Source: Candidatus Aminicenantes bacterium (lineage in GTDB: Bacteria; Acidobacteriota; Aminicenantia; Aminicenantales; Saccharicenantaceae). From it: a stretch of DNA of 64,000 nt. The stretch covers positions 21,242 through 85,241 of the forward strand of contig CAWEJF010000006.1 of NCBI GenBank assembly GCA_963809345.1, read 5' to 3'. The notes beneath the pieces are model-generated. The model did no database searches and was not told the origin of the DNA. It saw only the letters and a program-made list of their open reading frames with translations. How positions within the stretch are numbered: position 1 is the first letter of the stretch; each line of letters starts with the position of its first letter. This document shows, in pieces, positions 36,038 through 44,483 of this stretch. The position numbers and the translations under genes were made by a program.

Positions 36038-38371
36038 ATGATGAGATACGCAGGACGTTCGGCGAGAGCGTTCTCCCTCATCCTGGCCGCGACGGCCCTG
36101 CTCGTCGTCGCGGCCGCCCCCGCGACCGCCGCCGCCCCCGCCGCGGACAAGACCAAGGGGTTCTTCCCCGTGTCCGTCTGGTACTCGGGCGGCAAGGCGC
36201 GGGCGCCCATGCTCGAGACCGTGACGCCCCAGTCGCGGGAAGTTTGGAAGAAGGACATCGACCAGATCAAGCGGCTGGGCTTCAACACGGTCCGGACGTG
36301 GATCGAATGGACGGCCTGCGAGAAGAGCGAAGGGACGTACGATTTCTCGGCCCTCGAGCTCCTCACCGACCTGGCCGGCGAGGCGGGCCTACGGGTCATC
36401 GTGCAGGTCTACATCGACTCGGCCCCCGACTGGGTCGGCGTTTCATTCCCCGATTCCAAGTTCGTCTCCTCGAACGGCGTCGCCGTCGAATCGCAGGCCT
36501 CGCCGGGCTTCTGCTTCGACCACGACGGCGTCCAGAAAAGGATCCTGGACTTCTTCAAGGCCGCCGCCCGGGCCGTCAAGGGCAAGCCGGCATTCTACGG
36601 CTGGGACCTCTGGAGCGAGCCCCACATCATCAACTGGGCCGAGGTCTATTACGTCGGGGACCTCTCGTCGGTCCAATTCTGCTACTGCCACTCGACCCAG
36701 GCCCGCTTCCGGGACTGGCTCCGGACAAAGTACGGCACGATCGAGGCCCTGAACAAGGCCTGGTACCGGACGCTCGCGTCTTTCGACGAGGTCCAGCCGC
36801 CGCGCTTCGGCACCATCCTGACCTTCACCGATTACATCGACTGGAAGGAGTTCATCTCCGACAAGCTGGCCGAAGACCTGGCCCTCAAGGCCGCCGCCGT
36901 CAAGTCCGTCCTGCCGGCGACCGTCGTCACCAGCCACTCGGCCGGGCCGGGGATCTTCACCCGGCCGGATTGGTCGGGCACCCCCGACGACCGCAAGATG
37001 GCCGACAGCGTCGATTTCTACGGGGCCTCGATCTACCCCAAGCACGCCTGGACGATCAAGCCCTGGTCGCCCTTCTACCGCTCCTCGGGCCTCGACTTCG
37101 TCCGGTCCATGGGCATCGGCAACGGCGGCTTCTATATCGGCGAGCTCCAGGCCGGCTACGGCGTCTTTGGCATGAAGATGAGCTACCCCGTCGTCGGGGC
37201 GGACATCCGCGATTGGATGTGGAGCACGGTCGCTTACGGCGCCCGGGCCGTCAACATCTACGCCTATTATCCCATGAGCACGGGCTACGAGGCCGGCGGC
37301 TACGGCCTCGTCGAGCTCGACGGCAAGATCACGGAGAGGGCCGAAGCCGGCGGCCGCATCGCCCGGGTCATCACGGCCCAGCAGGACCTCTTCCTCAAGG
37401 CCCTGCCGGCCAAGGCCGAAATCGCCATCCTTTATAATCCGCTGTCGCACATGGTCGGCGGCCAACAGTCCTTCACCGGCGAAGGCCAGACCGTCGGCGT
37501 CAACAACCTGAGCGAATCCCTGCAAGGCGTCCACCGGGCCTTCTTCGAGCGCAACATCCCGGTCGATTTCCTCCACGTCCGCGACCTCGGGACGCCGCGG
37601 GCGGCCGGCTACAAGCTCATCATCGCGCCCTACCCGGTCATGATGTCCCAGCCGCACGTCAGGGCCCTCGTTGAATATGTCCGCGGCGGCGGGACGCTCC
37701 TGACCGAGGCCCGCTGCGGCTGGGTCGACGAGAAGGGCGCCTCGAGCCCGATCGTGCCCGGCGGCGGCCTCGACCAGGTCTTCGGCTGCCGCGAGCGCGA
37801 GCTGACCCCGCTCTCCAAGAGCGGGGTCGTCGAGATCAAGGCCGCCGACGAAGCGTTCCCCCTGCTCAAGCCGGGCGATAAGCTCGACAGCCTCTTCTTC
37901 GAGGAGTCGCTCGACGTCTTCGGGAAATCGAGCCGGGTCGTGGCCGCGTTCCCGGACGGGCGTCCGGCGATCGTGGCCGCGCCCTTCGGGAAGGGCCGGG
38001 CCATCATCGTCGGCTCCTTCCTCGGCTCGGCCTATCATCATTTCAAGAACCCCAACAACGGGAAGCTCTTCGCCGGACTCGCCGATTGGCTCAAGATCTC
38101 GGCGCCCGTGCGGGTGACCTCCTCCGTTCCCGACGCCGTCGTCGAGGGGCGGCTCCTCAAGGGCGACGGCTACTCGCTCCTCTTCGGCTTCAACCGCGGC
38201 GAAAAGGCCGTCATGGCCAGGTTCGGTGTCATGACGGACGCGGCCCGGCCCGCGGCGATCGATATCGAAACAGGTCAGGCCGTGGCCCTCATCCGGGAAG
38301 GGGATCGAGCCGTTCTCGAAAAGGCCCTCGGGCCGGGCGAAGTTTGGGTCGTCCGGGTGTCCGAAAGATGA
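36038..38371 (+). CDS. Secreted GH42 beta-galactosidase-family hydrolase
   Basis: GFNTVR..EW..EGTYDF, acid/base WSEP, nucleophile IGELQAG, trimerisation domain; signal peptide. Confidence 0.85.
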   Translation: MMRYAGRSARAFSLILAATALLVVAAAPATAAAPAADKTKGFFPVSVWYSGGKARAPMLETVTPQSREVWKKDIDQIKRLGFNTVRTWIEWTACEKSEGTYDFSALELLTDLAGEAGLRVIVQVYIDSAPDWVGVSFPDSKFVSSNGVAVESQASPGFCFDHDGVQKRILDFFKAAARAVKGKPAFYGWDLWSEPHIINWAEVYYVGDLSSVQFCYCHSTQARFRDWLRTKYGTIEALNKAWYRTLASFDEVQPPRFGTILTFTDYIDWKEFISDKLAEDLALKAAAVKSVLPATVVTSHSAGPGIFTRPDWSGTPDDRKMADSVDFYGASIYPKHAWTIKPWSPFYRSSGLDFVRSMGIGNGGFYIGELQAGYGVFGMKMSYPVVGADIRDWMWSTVAYGARAVNIYAYYPMSTGYEAGGYGLVELDGKITERAEAGGRIARVITAQQDLFLKALPAKAEIAILYNPLSHMVGGQQSFTGEGQTVGVNNLSESLQGVHRAFFERNIPVDFLHVRDLGTPRAAGYKLIIAPYPVMMSQPHVRALVEYVRGGGTLLTEARCGWVDEKGASSPIVPGGGLDQVFGCRERELTPLSKSGVVEIKAADEAFPLLKPGDKLDSLFFEESLDVFGKSSRVVAAFPDGRPAIVAAPFGKGRAIIVGSFLGSAYHHFKNPNNGKLFAGLADWLKISAPVRVTSSVPDAVVEGRLLKGDGYSLLFGFNRGEKAVMARFGVMTDAARPAAIDIETGQAVALIREGDRAVLEKALGPGEVWVVRVSER

Positions 38372-39339
38372 CCGACGTCTGCGGAGCCGTCGACATCGGC
38401 GGGACCAAGATCGCATCGGCCCTGTTCACGCGGGAAGGGGAGATCTCGGCGGGGGAGAAGGTCGCCATCGACAAGGTCGGGGGCGACGCCGCCGCCGCCC
38501 AAGTCAGGCACGAGATCGTCCAATTGGACGAGGCCGCGCTCAGGGCCGGCGGGCGTCTGGCCGCGATCGGCATCTGTGTTCCCGGCATCGCCTATTCCTC
38601 AAGCGGCAGAGTCTGGGCCCCCAATGTCCCGGGCTGGGACCAGTTCCCACTGCTGGACAAGATCCGAGGCAACGCGCATTCGATCCGTGTCCCCATCGTC
38701 CTCGAGAGCGACCGGAGCGCTTATGTGGCGGGGGAAGCCTGGAGAGGCGCCGCGGCGGGCGCCCGCGACGCGGTCTTCCTGGCGGTCGGGACGGGCATCG
38801 GCGCCGGGATCATCTCCGGCGGCCAGATCCTCCACGGCCACGAGGACATCGCGGGCGCCGTCGGCTGGTTCGGGCTCGACCCCGACTTCAAGCCGGAGTA
38901 TGCGGCCATGGGCTCGTTCGAGGCCGAGGCCTCGGGGAATTCCGTGGCCCGCAAGGCCCGGGAGCGGCTGGCGACGGGCCGGTCTTCGTCGATGCTCGAC
39001 CTGGCCGGGGGCGTCATCGACTCGGTGACCGCGGAGATCGTCGCGGCGGCGGCCCGGGCCGGGGACCCATTGGCCCTCGAGATCGTCGCCGAGGTGGTGA
39101 CCTACCTGGCCATGGGCGTCGCCAATATCGTCAGCCTCCTCAACCCCGAGGTGGTCGTCCTCGGCGGGGGCCTTTTCCAGGCCGCCGACGTCTTCCTCGA
39201 GCCGGTGCGCCGCGAGTTCAAGCGCTGGGCCCAGCCCTTGGCCGCCCGCTCGGTCAGGATCGAGCCTTCCAAACTCGGCGAGGACGCCGGTCTCTACGGC
39301 TGCGGGAAGCTGGCTTGGAATGCCCTCGAAGGCGAATGA
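38368..39339 (+). CDS. ROK family sugar kinase (lacks Cys zinc motif)
   Basis: VDIGGTKI, GICVPG, ESD, GTGIGAG and FEAEASG; ATGA overlap with GH42. Confidence 0.9.
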   Translation: MTDVCGAVDIGGTKIASALFTREGEISAGEKVAIDKVGGDAAAAQVRHEIVQLDEAALRAGGRLAAIGICVPGIAYSSSGRVWAPNVPGWDQFPLLDKIRGNAHSIRVPIVLESDRSAYVAGEAWRGAAAGARDAVFLAVGTGIGAGIISGGQILHGHEDIAGAVGWFGLDPDFKPEYAAMGSFEAEASGNSVARKARERLATGRSSSMLDLAGGVIDSVTAEIVAAAARAGDPLALEIVAEVVTYLAMGVANIVSLLNPEVVVLGGGLFQAADVFLEPVRREFKRWAQPLAARSVRIEPSKLGEDAGLYGCGKLAWNALEGE

Positions 39340-39370
39340 ACAAAGATGGTTCATCTTCTTCTTATACCGA

Positions 39371-39534
39371 TTCCGGGATATCCCTCTCTCCGACTTTGCT
39401 CAGGATATCGCCCCTCGCATCCCCGCGCCCCGGAAACCTCCGTAAACGGTTTCCCCCGCCTCCGGCGGGTCCCCCTTCCCTCACGGGGGCTTCGGGGCGA
39501 TATCCATCGCCGCCTCGAGATGGATTTCCCGGAA
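39371..39534. repeat. Structured ~140-nt repeat element, copy A, with 18-bp imperfect terminal inverted repeat
   Basis: TIR 39371-39388/39517-39534; stem GGATATCGCCCC/GGGGCGATATCC; homologous to 53478-53612. Confidence 0.85.
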
Positions 39535-39601
39535 ATAGGAGACCAACAAAACGGGGATACGTACTTCTGGTAACGATCTCCGAGCAGGAAGGAGAGCTGA
39601 C

Positions 39602-40375
39602 ATGTCGGCCAATAACTATCTCGGCATGATCCAACGGATCCTCGCGGAGATCCAATCGCAGGAGATGAAGCCCATCAAGGCCGCGGCCAAGATCATGGCC
39701 GCGGCGATCCGGAAAAAGGGCCGCGTCTACATGTTCGGCAGCGGCCACTCGGTCATCCCGGTGCTCGACATCTTCCCCCGCTACGGCAGCTTCGTCGGCT
39801 TCTTCCCGCTCTATGACCCGCGGCTCATGTGGACGAACGTCATCGGCCCGGGCGGGGCCCGGGAGCTGCTCTGGCTCGAGCGCCAGGAGGGCTACGCCAA
39901 GGTCTTCCTCCAGAGCTATCCCCTGGAAAAGCGCGACGTCATGCTTGTCTTCTCCCACGGCGGATTGAACGCGGCGGGCATCGATATGGCCCTCGAGGCC
40001 AAGGCCCGCGGCCTCAAGGTCGTCACCGTCTCGTCCCACGCCAACGTCAAGATCGGCAAGCGCTCCCACTCGTCGGGCAAGATCCTGTCCGAGATCGCCG
40101 ACGTGGCCATCGACAACCATGTCCCGCCCGAGGACGCCCTCGTCGACGTTGGCCAGCTCGAGCGCGTGGCCGCGGGCTCGACCGTCGCCGCCGTCTCGAT
40201 CGCCATGGCCCTCGTCGCCGAGACGGCGGCCGTGATGGCCAAGACGGGCAAGGTCCCGCCGACCTTCGTCTCGCCCAACGTCCACGGCGTCACGCCCGGA
40301 CACATGGCCGGCGTCTACCAGGCCTTCACCGAGTTCACGTACGCCCGGCCGTTCAAGGCCCGGCGCAAGGCGTGA
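39602..40375 (+). CDS. SIS-domain sugar-phosphate isomerase family protein
   Basis: VYMFGSGHS, FSHGGLNAAGIDMA..AKARG..VVTVSS and AAGSTVA. Confidence 0.88.
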   Translation: MSANNYLGMIQRILAEIQSQEMKPIKAAAKIMAAAIRKKGRVYMFGSGHSVIPVLDIFPRYGSFVGFFPLYDPRLMWTNVIGPGGARELLWLERQEGYAKVFLQSYPLEKRDVMLVFSHGGLNAAGIDMALEAKARGLKVVTVSSHANVKIGKRSHSSGKILSEIADVAIDNHVPPEDALVDVGQLERVAAGSTVAAVSIAMALVAETAAVMAKTGKVPPTFVSPNVHGVTPGHMAGVYQAFTEFTYARPFKARRKA

Positions 40376-40383
40376 GGCCGGCG

Positions 40384-41589
40384 ATGGCTGCCGCGAACGC
40401 GTCCGAACGTCCGGCCTCCGACGTCGCCCGTCTCCAGTTCTCGGCCTGGGCCGGGATCTTCATCTTCGGCATCGTCATGGCCATCCTGGGGGCCATCCTG
40501 CCCTCGCTCTTCGAGCGCATCGGCTTCGGAGCGGGCGCGGCCGGCAACCTCTTCCTGACGATGAACTTCGCTATGCTCGTCACGACCCTGTTCTTCGGAC
40601 CGCTCGTCGACCGCTTCGGCTTCAAGGCGGTCCTGGCCGTCTCGGCCCTGCTCGTGGCCGCGGCCTTCTTCCTTCTCTCGCGGGCCTCGAGCTACGGACT
40701 CGTCCTGGGCGCCGCGGTCATCCTCGGCCTCGGAGGCGGCGGCCTCAACGGCGGCACCAACGCCCTGACGAGCGATCTTCACGAGGGCAAGGAGCGCGGT
40801 ACGGCGCTGAATGTCCTCGGCATCTATTTCGGCTTCGGCGCGCTGTTGATCCCGTTCCTCATCGGCACGCTTCGGGACGCGCTCGGCGTCGGACGGATCC
40901 TCGTCCTTGCCACGGTCCTCAGCCTGGTGCCGTTCGTCGTCTACGCTGTCCTTCGCTTTCCCAGGGCCAAGCATGGCCAAGGGTTTCCGATCAAGTCCGC
41001 CGCGTCGATCGCCCGCAGCCCGCTCCTCTGGCTCACGGCGTTCATCCTCTTCTTCCAGTCGGCCAACGAGTTCACCGTCGGCGGCTGGATCTCGACCTAC
41101 CTCCAGACAACCTTCGGGGTCGGCGCCGCGGCCGCCGCGCTCATTCTCGCCGGGTACTGGGCGGCCATCATGTCGGGCCGGCTGCTTTCGAGCCGCCTCG
41201 TGCGGGCCGTCCGGAACGAAACGCTCATCCTGGGAAGCGCGGTCCTGGCCCTGGCCGCGGCCCTTCTCATGGCCTTGGCCCCTTCGGGGGTGCTGGCGGC
41301 GGCGGGCGCCATTATCATCGGCCTCGGCTTCGCCGCGATCTACCCGACGACCCTGGCCATTGTCGGGGAGAGATTCGCCGCCTTTACCGGCACGGCGTTC
41401 AGCGTCGTCATCGCCGTTGGCCTCGTCGGCGGCATGATCGCCCCATGGCTCGCCGGCAAGATCGCCGAGGCCTCGAGCCTGAGGCAAGGGCTCATCATTC
41501 CGGTCGTCAACTGCGCCATGATCGTCCTCCTGACGGTCCTGGTCGGCCGGGAGACGCGGAAACCTACCAAGGAAGCGAGGCCGTCATGA
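40384..41589 (+). CDS. MFS sugar transporter (FucP/GluP-like)
   Basis: About 12 hydrophobic helices; GPLVDRFGFK motif A; YFGFGALL.P. Confidence 0.88.
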   Translation: MAAANASERPASDVARLQFSAWAGIFIFGIVMAILGAILPSLFERIGFGAGAAGNLFLTMNFAMLVTTLFFGPLVDRFGFKAVLAVSALLVAAAFFLLSRASSYGLVLGAAVILGLGGGGLNGGTNALTSDLHEGKERGTALNVLGIYFGFGALLIPFLIGTLRDALGVGRILVLATVLSLVPFVVYAVLRFPRAKHGQGFPIKSAASIARSPLLWLTAFILFFQSANEFTVGGWISTYLQTTFGVGAAAAALILAGYWAAIMSGRLLSSRLVRAVRNETLILGSAVLALAAALLMALAPSGVLAAAGAIIIGLGFAAIYPTTLAIVGERFAAFTGTAFSVVIAVGLVGGMIAPWLAGKIAEASSLRQGLIIPVVNCAMIVLLTVLVGRETRKPTKEARPS

Positions 41590-44372
41590 ACCTTCGGACC
41601 AGAGCCTTCGCCACAACCCGGACGATCGCCTTTGCCGTCGTCCTCATCGGTGCCGTCATGATGTCGTGGGCCGCCGCCGCCCCTGCCCAGGACGCGGCGA
41701 CGGCCGCCGCGCGCAATGAGCTCACCGGCAAGTACGCCCAGCTCCTCGCCGAAAAAGGGATCACGGACGACGCCGGCCGCGAGATCGACGGGCGTCTCGA
41801 CCAGCTCTTCGCCTCGGTCCGCGCGTCCGGCGCCAGGACGGCCAAAGAAATCGTCAGGGCCGCCCTCGACGCCATGAATTATTCCGCCTTCAACCTGGCC
41901 GGCTTCCCCCAGGCCGCTTTCGACCGGCCCATCGGGACGAAGCTCGAGACGTTTGGCCGGACCATCGCCCCGGGAGACATCGAAGCCCGGGCCGAGGGGA
42001 GCGCCTGCCCCGTCGGCGGCATCGGCGCCGGCGGCTTCGAGCGGCTCATGAACGGCAACTTCTCGACCTGGTTCCTCAAGCTCGGCTGGATGGTCGAGGA
42101 CACCGTCTGGGCCGACCAGTTCCACGTCTTCATCAAGTCGGGAGGCAAGACGACCTCAAGGACCCTGTCGACGACCGCCCCGCCCACCGGCTCGGGCCTG
42201 GGCACCTGGGCCTGGAACTACCCCGCCGGAAAGGGCGACTACTATGCCCTCTATCCCAAGTCCGGCTTCTCCTACGAGGAGAACGCCGATCTTCCCGTCA
42301 AGCTGGCCGTCGTCCAGTTCTCGCCAATCATCTCCGGCAACTACAAGGAAACGAGCTACCCCGTGGCCGTCTATAAGTGGATCGCTCGCAACCCGACCAA
42401 GCTCCCGGCCGAGGTCACGATCCTCCTGACTTGGGAGAACATGATCGGCTGGGAGGCGGTCCGGGCCCGCGCCGCGGCCGGCGAGACGCCGCAAGCCTCT
42501 TTTGTCTGGGACCGCATGAGCGCCGGGAACGTCAACGAGTCCGTCGATGACGGGCGGACGAAGGGCATCCTGTTCCGCAAGCAGGGCCAGGACGTGAGGA
42601 CCGGGAACGCCATGGCCGGGTCCATGGCTATCGCCGCTCTCGAAAACCCGGGCCAGTCGCGCGTCTCAGTCCAGGCGGCCTTCGATCCCCGCGGCGACGG
42701 CGCCGACATCTGGACGAAGTTCGCCGCCGACGGAACGCTCGATACCGCCCGCGCCTCCGCCACCGCTCCGGCGGGTCAGGGGACGGGCGCGGCCGTGGCC
42801 GTCACCTTCACCCTCAAGCCCGGCGAGCGCCTGGAAGTGCCCTTCGCCATCGCCTGGGACTTGCCGTACTATGAATTCGAGGCCGGGGCCAAGCACAAGA
42901 AGAAATACACGGCCTTCTTCGGCGCGGCCGGGACGAACGCCTTCCGCATCGCCGCCGAGGCCCTGGTCCGGGCGGGGGAGTGGGAGAAGGCGATCGACGC
43001 CTGGCAGAAACCCAGCCTGACGAACCCGGCCCTTCCGGACTGGTTCCGCCAGGCCCTGCTCAACGAGCTCTACGTCCTCACCGAGACGAGCATCTGGGAC
43101 GCGACGACCGATCTCCACACCTATCTCGAGAGCGCCGACTATCTCATGTACGGGACGACCGACGTCGATTCCTACTGCTGGCATGTCCTGCGCCTCTGGC
43201 CCGAGCTCGAGACGAAGAACATGAGCTATCTCGCGGGCACCATCCCTCTCGAAGACGCGTCCTACCGGGCTTTCCAATACGCCGTCCAATTTCCCAAAGA
43301 GATCCCCGCGGACAAGATGGGCTACTACTGGAACACCATCAAGACCGCGGGCATGGTCCCCCACGACCTCGGCTCGCCGCGCAAGCGCCCGTGGGTCATT
43401 CTGAACGGCTTCGATTGGCAGAATGCGAATGTCTGGAAGGACATCAACCCGAAGTTCCCGCTCCGCGCCTACCGCGACTTCCTGGCCACCGGCGGCGTGG
43501 ACATCGGCTTTCTCATGCGCATGTTCCAGGCCTCCGTCGTCGCCCTCGACACGCTCGAATCCCGCTTCGGAGACCGGGTCACCCACGTGCCCCTCAACGA
43601 GGGCATCCCCGACCAGACCTACGACACCTGGAAGATGAAGGGCGAAAGCGCCTACGTCGGCCTGCTCTGGCTGGCCGGCCTCAAGGCGACCGTCCGTATG
43701 GGCGAGACGCTCTCTTCGCGCGGGCTCTATCGGGCCGGGGACTTGGATATCCCTGAAATCCTAGTAAAATATAAAGGTTGGTTCGAGTCGGGCCGCGCCT
43801 CCCTGCGCAAGCTCTGGGACGAGCGGGCCGGCTATTTTCATATCGACGCGACGATGGACGATATCATGACCGACCAGCTCTTCGGCGTCTGGTACGCCGG
43901 CATGCTCGGCCTCGAGGCCGACGGCCGCGATCCGATCGTTCCTCCCGTCGACGTCCAGCGGGCCCTGCGGACGGTCTACGAGAAGAACGTCCTCGGGTTC
44001 GGCGGCGGCGTCATGGGGGCGGTCAACGGCCGCAAGGCCGACGGCAGCCAGCTCCGCAGTCAGCAGGGCGACGAGGTCTGGGTCGGCACGGCCTACGCCT
44101 TCGCCGCCGACCTCGTCCTCAACGGCCTCGTCGACGAGGGCATGCACACGGCCTACGGGCTCTACCACGTCGTCTACAGTCCCTTCGGTCAGGGCTACTT
44201 CTTCAAGACGCCCGAGGCCTATCTCGATCCGAACGAGGCCCTGTGGAACGACCCCGCCGCGAAGTACGGCGAGAAGACGTTCCGGGCCATGAAATACATG
44301 CGCCCCGGCGCGGTCTGGGCGCTTTACGAAGCGATCAGGAAGAATGCAGGAAAAGCGGGGCAGGACCATTAG
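41586..44372 (+). CDS. Secreted GH116 (GBA2-like) glycosidase
   Basis: PVGGIGAG, YLESADY, PHDLGSP, WKDINPKF, EGIPDQTYDTW and DEVWVG; signal peptide; ATGA overlap with MFS. Confidence 0.9.
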   Translation: MNLRTRAFATTRTIAFAVVLIGAVMMSWAAAAPAQDAATAAARNELTGKYAQLLAEKGITDDAGREIDGRLDQLFASVRASGARTAKEIVRAALDAMNYSAFNLAGFPQAAFDRPIGTKLETFGRTIAPGDIEARAEGSACPVGGIGAGGFERLMNGNFSTWFLKLGWMVEDTVWADQFHVFIKSGGKTTSRTLSTTAPPTGSGLGTWAWNYPAGKGDYYALYPKSGFSYEENADLPVKLAVVQFSPIISGNYKETSYPVAVYKWIARNPTKLPAEVTILLTWENMIGWEAVRARAAAGETPQASFVWDRMSAGNVNESVDDGRTKGILFRKQGQDVRTGNAMAGSMAIAALENPGQSRVSVQAAFDPRGDGADIWTKFAADGTLDTARASATAPAGQGTGAAVAVTFTLKPGERLEVPFAIAWDLPYYEFEAGAKHKKKYTAFFGAAGTNAFRIAAEALVRAGEWEKAIDAWQKPSLTNPALPDWFRQALLNELYVLTETSIWDATTDLHTYLESADYLMYGTTDVDSYCWHVLRLWPELETKNMSYLAGTIPLEDASYRAFQYAVQFPKEIPADKMGYYWNTIKTAGMVPHDLGSPRKRPWVILNGFDWQNANVWKDINPKFPLRAYRDFLATGGVDIGFLMRMFQASVVALDTLESRFGDRVTHVPLNEGIPDQTYDTWKMKGESAYVGLLWLAGLKATVRMGETLSSRGLYRAGDLDIPEILVKYKGWFESGRASLRKLWDERAGYFHIDATMDDIMTDQLFGVWYAGMLGLEADGRDPIVPPVDVQRALRTVYEKNVLGFGGGVMGAVNGRKADGSQLRSQQGDEVWVGTAYAFAADLVLNGLVDEGMHTAYGLYHVVYSPFGQGYFFKTPEAYLDPNEALWNDPAAKYGEKTFRAMKYMRPGAVWALYEAIRKNAGKAGQDH

Positions 44373-44436
44373 CGTGACCTCGCAGCGGACGGGCGCCGCT
44401 CGCTGGCCGTGGATCGTCCCCGCCATCGTCCACCAG

Positions 44437-44465
44437 TTGAAGGAATGGCGGAAAACGACTACATT
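44437..44465 (+). promoter_or_regulatory. Sigma70 promoter of the GWxTD cassette
   Basis: TTGAAG-17 bp-TACATT. Confidence 0.5.
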
Positions 44466-44483
44466 GGAAAACTGAGGCTGATC

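Noticed and set aside
39340-39600. glmS ribozyme or sugar riboswitch upstream of the SIS gene; ORFs 39315-39629 and 39346-39573
   Set aside because: The glmS core motifs are not seen, and the second copy lies in a non-leader context. The ORFs are Pro/Ser-rich translations of the repeat.
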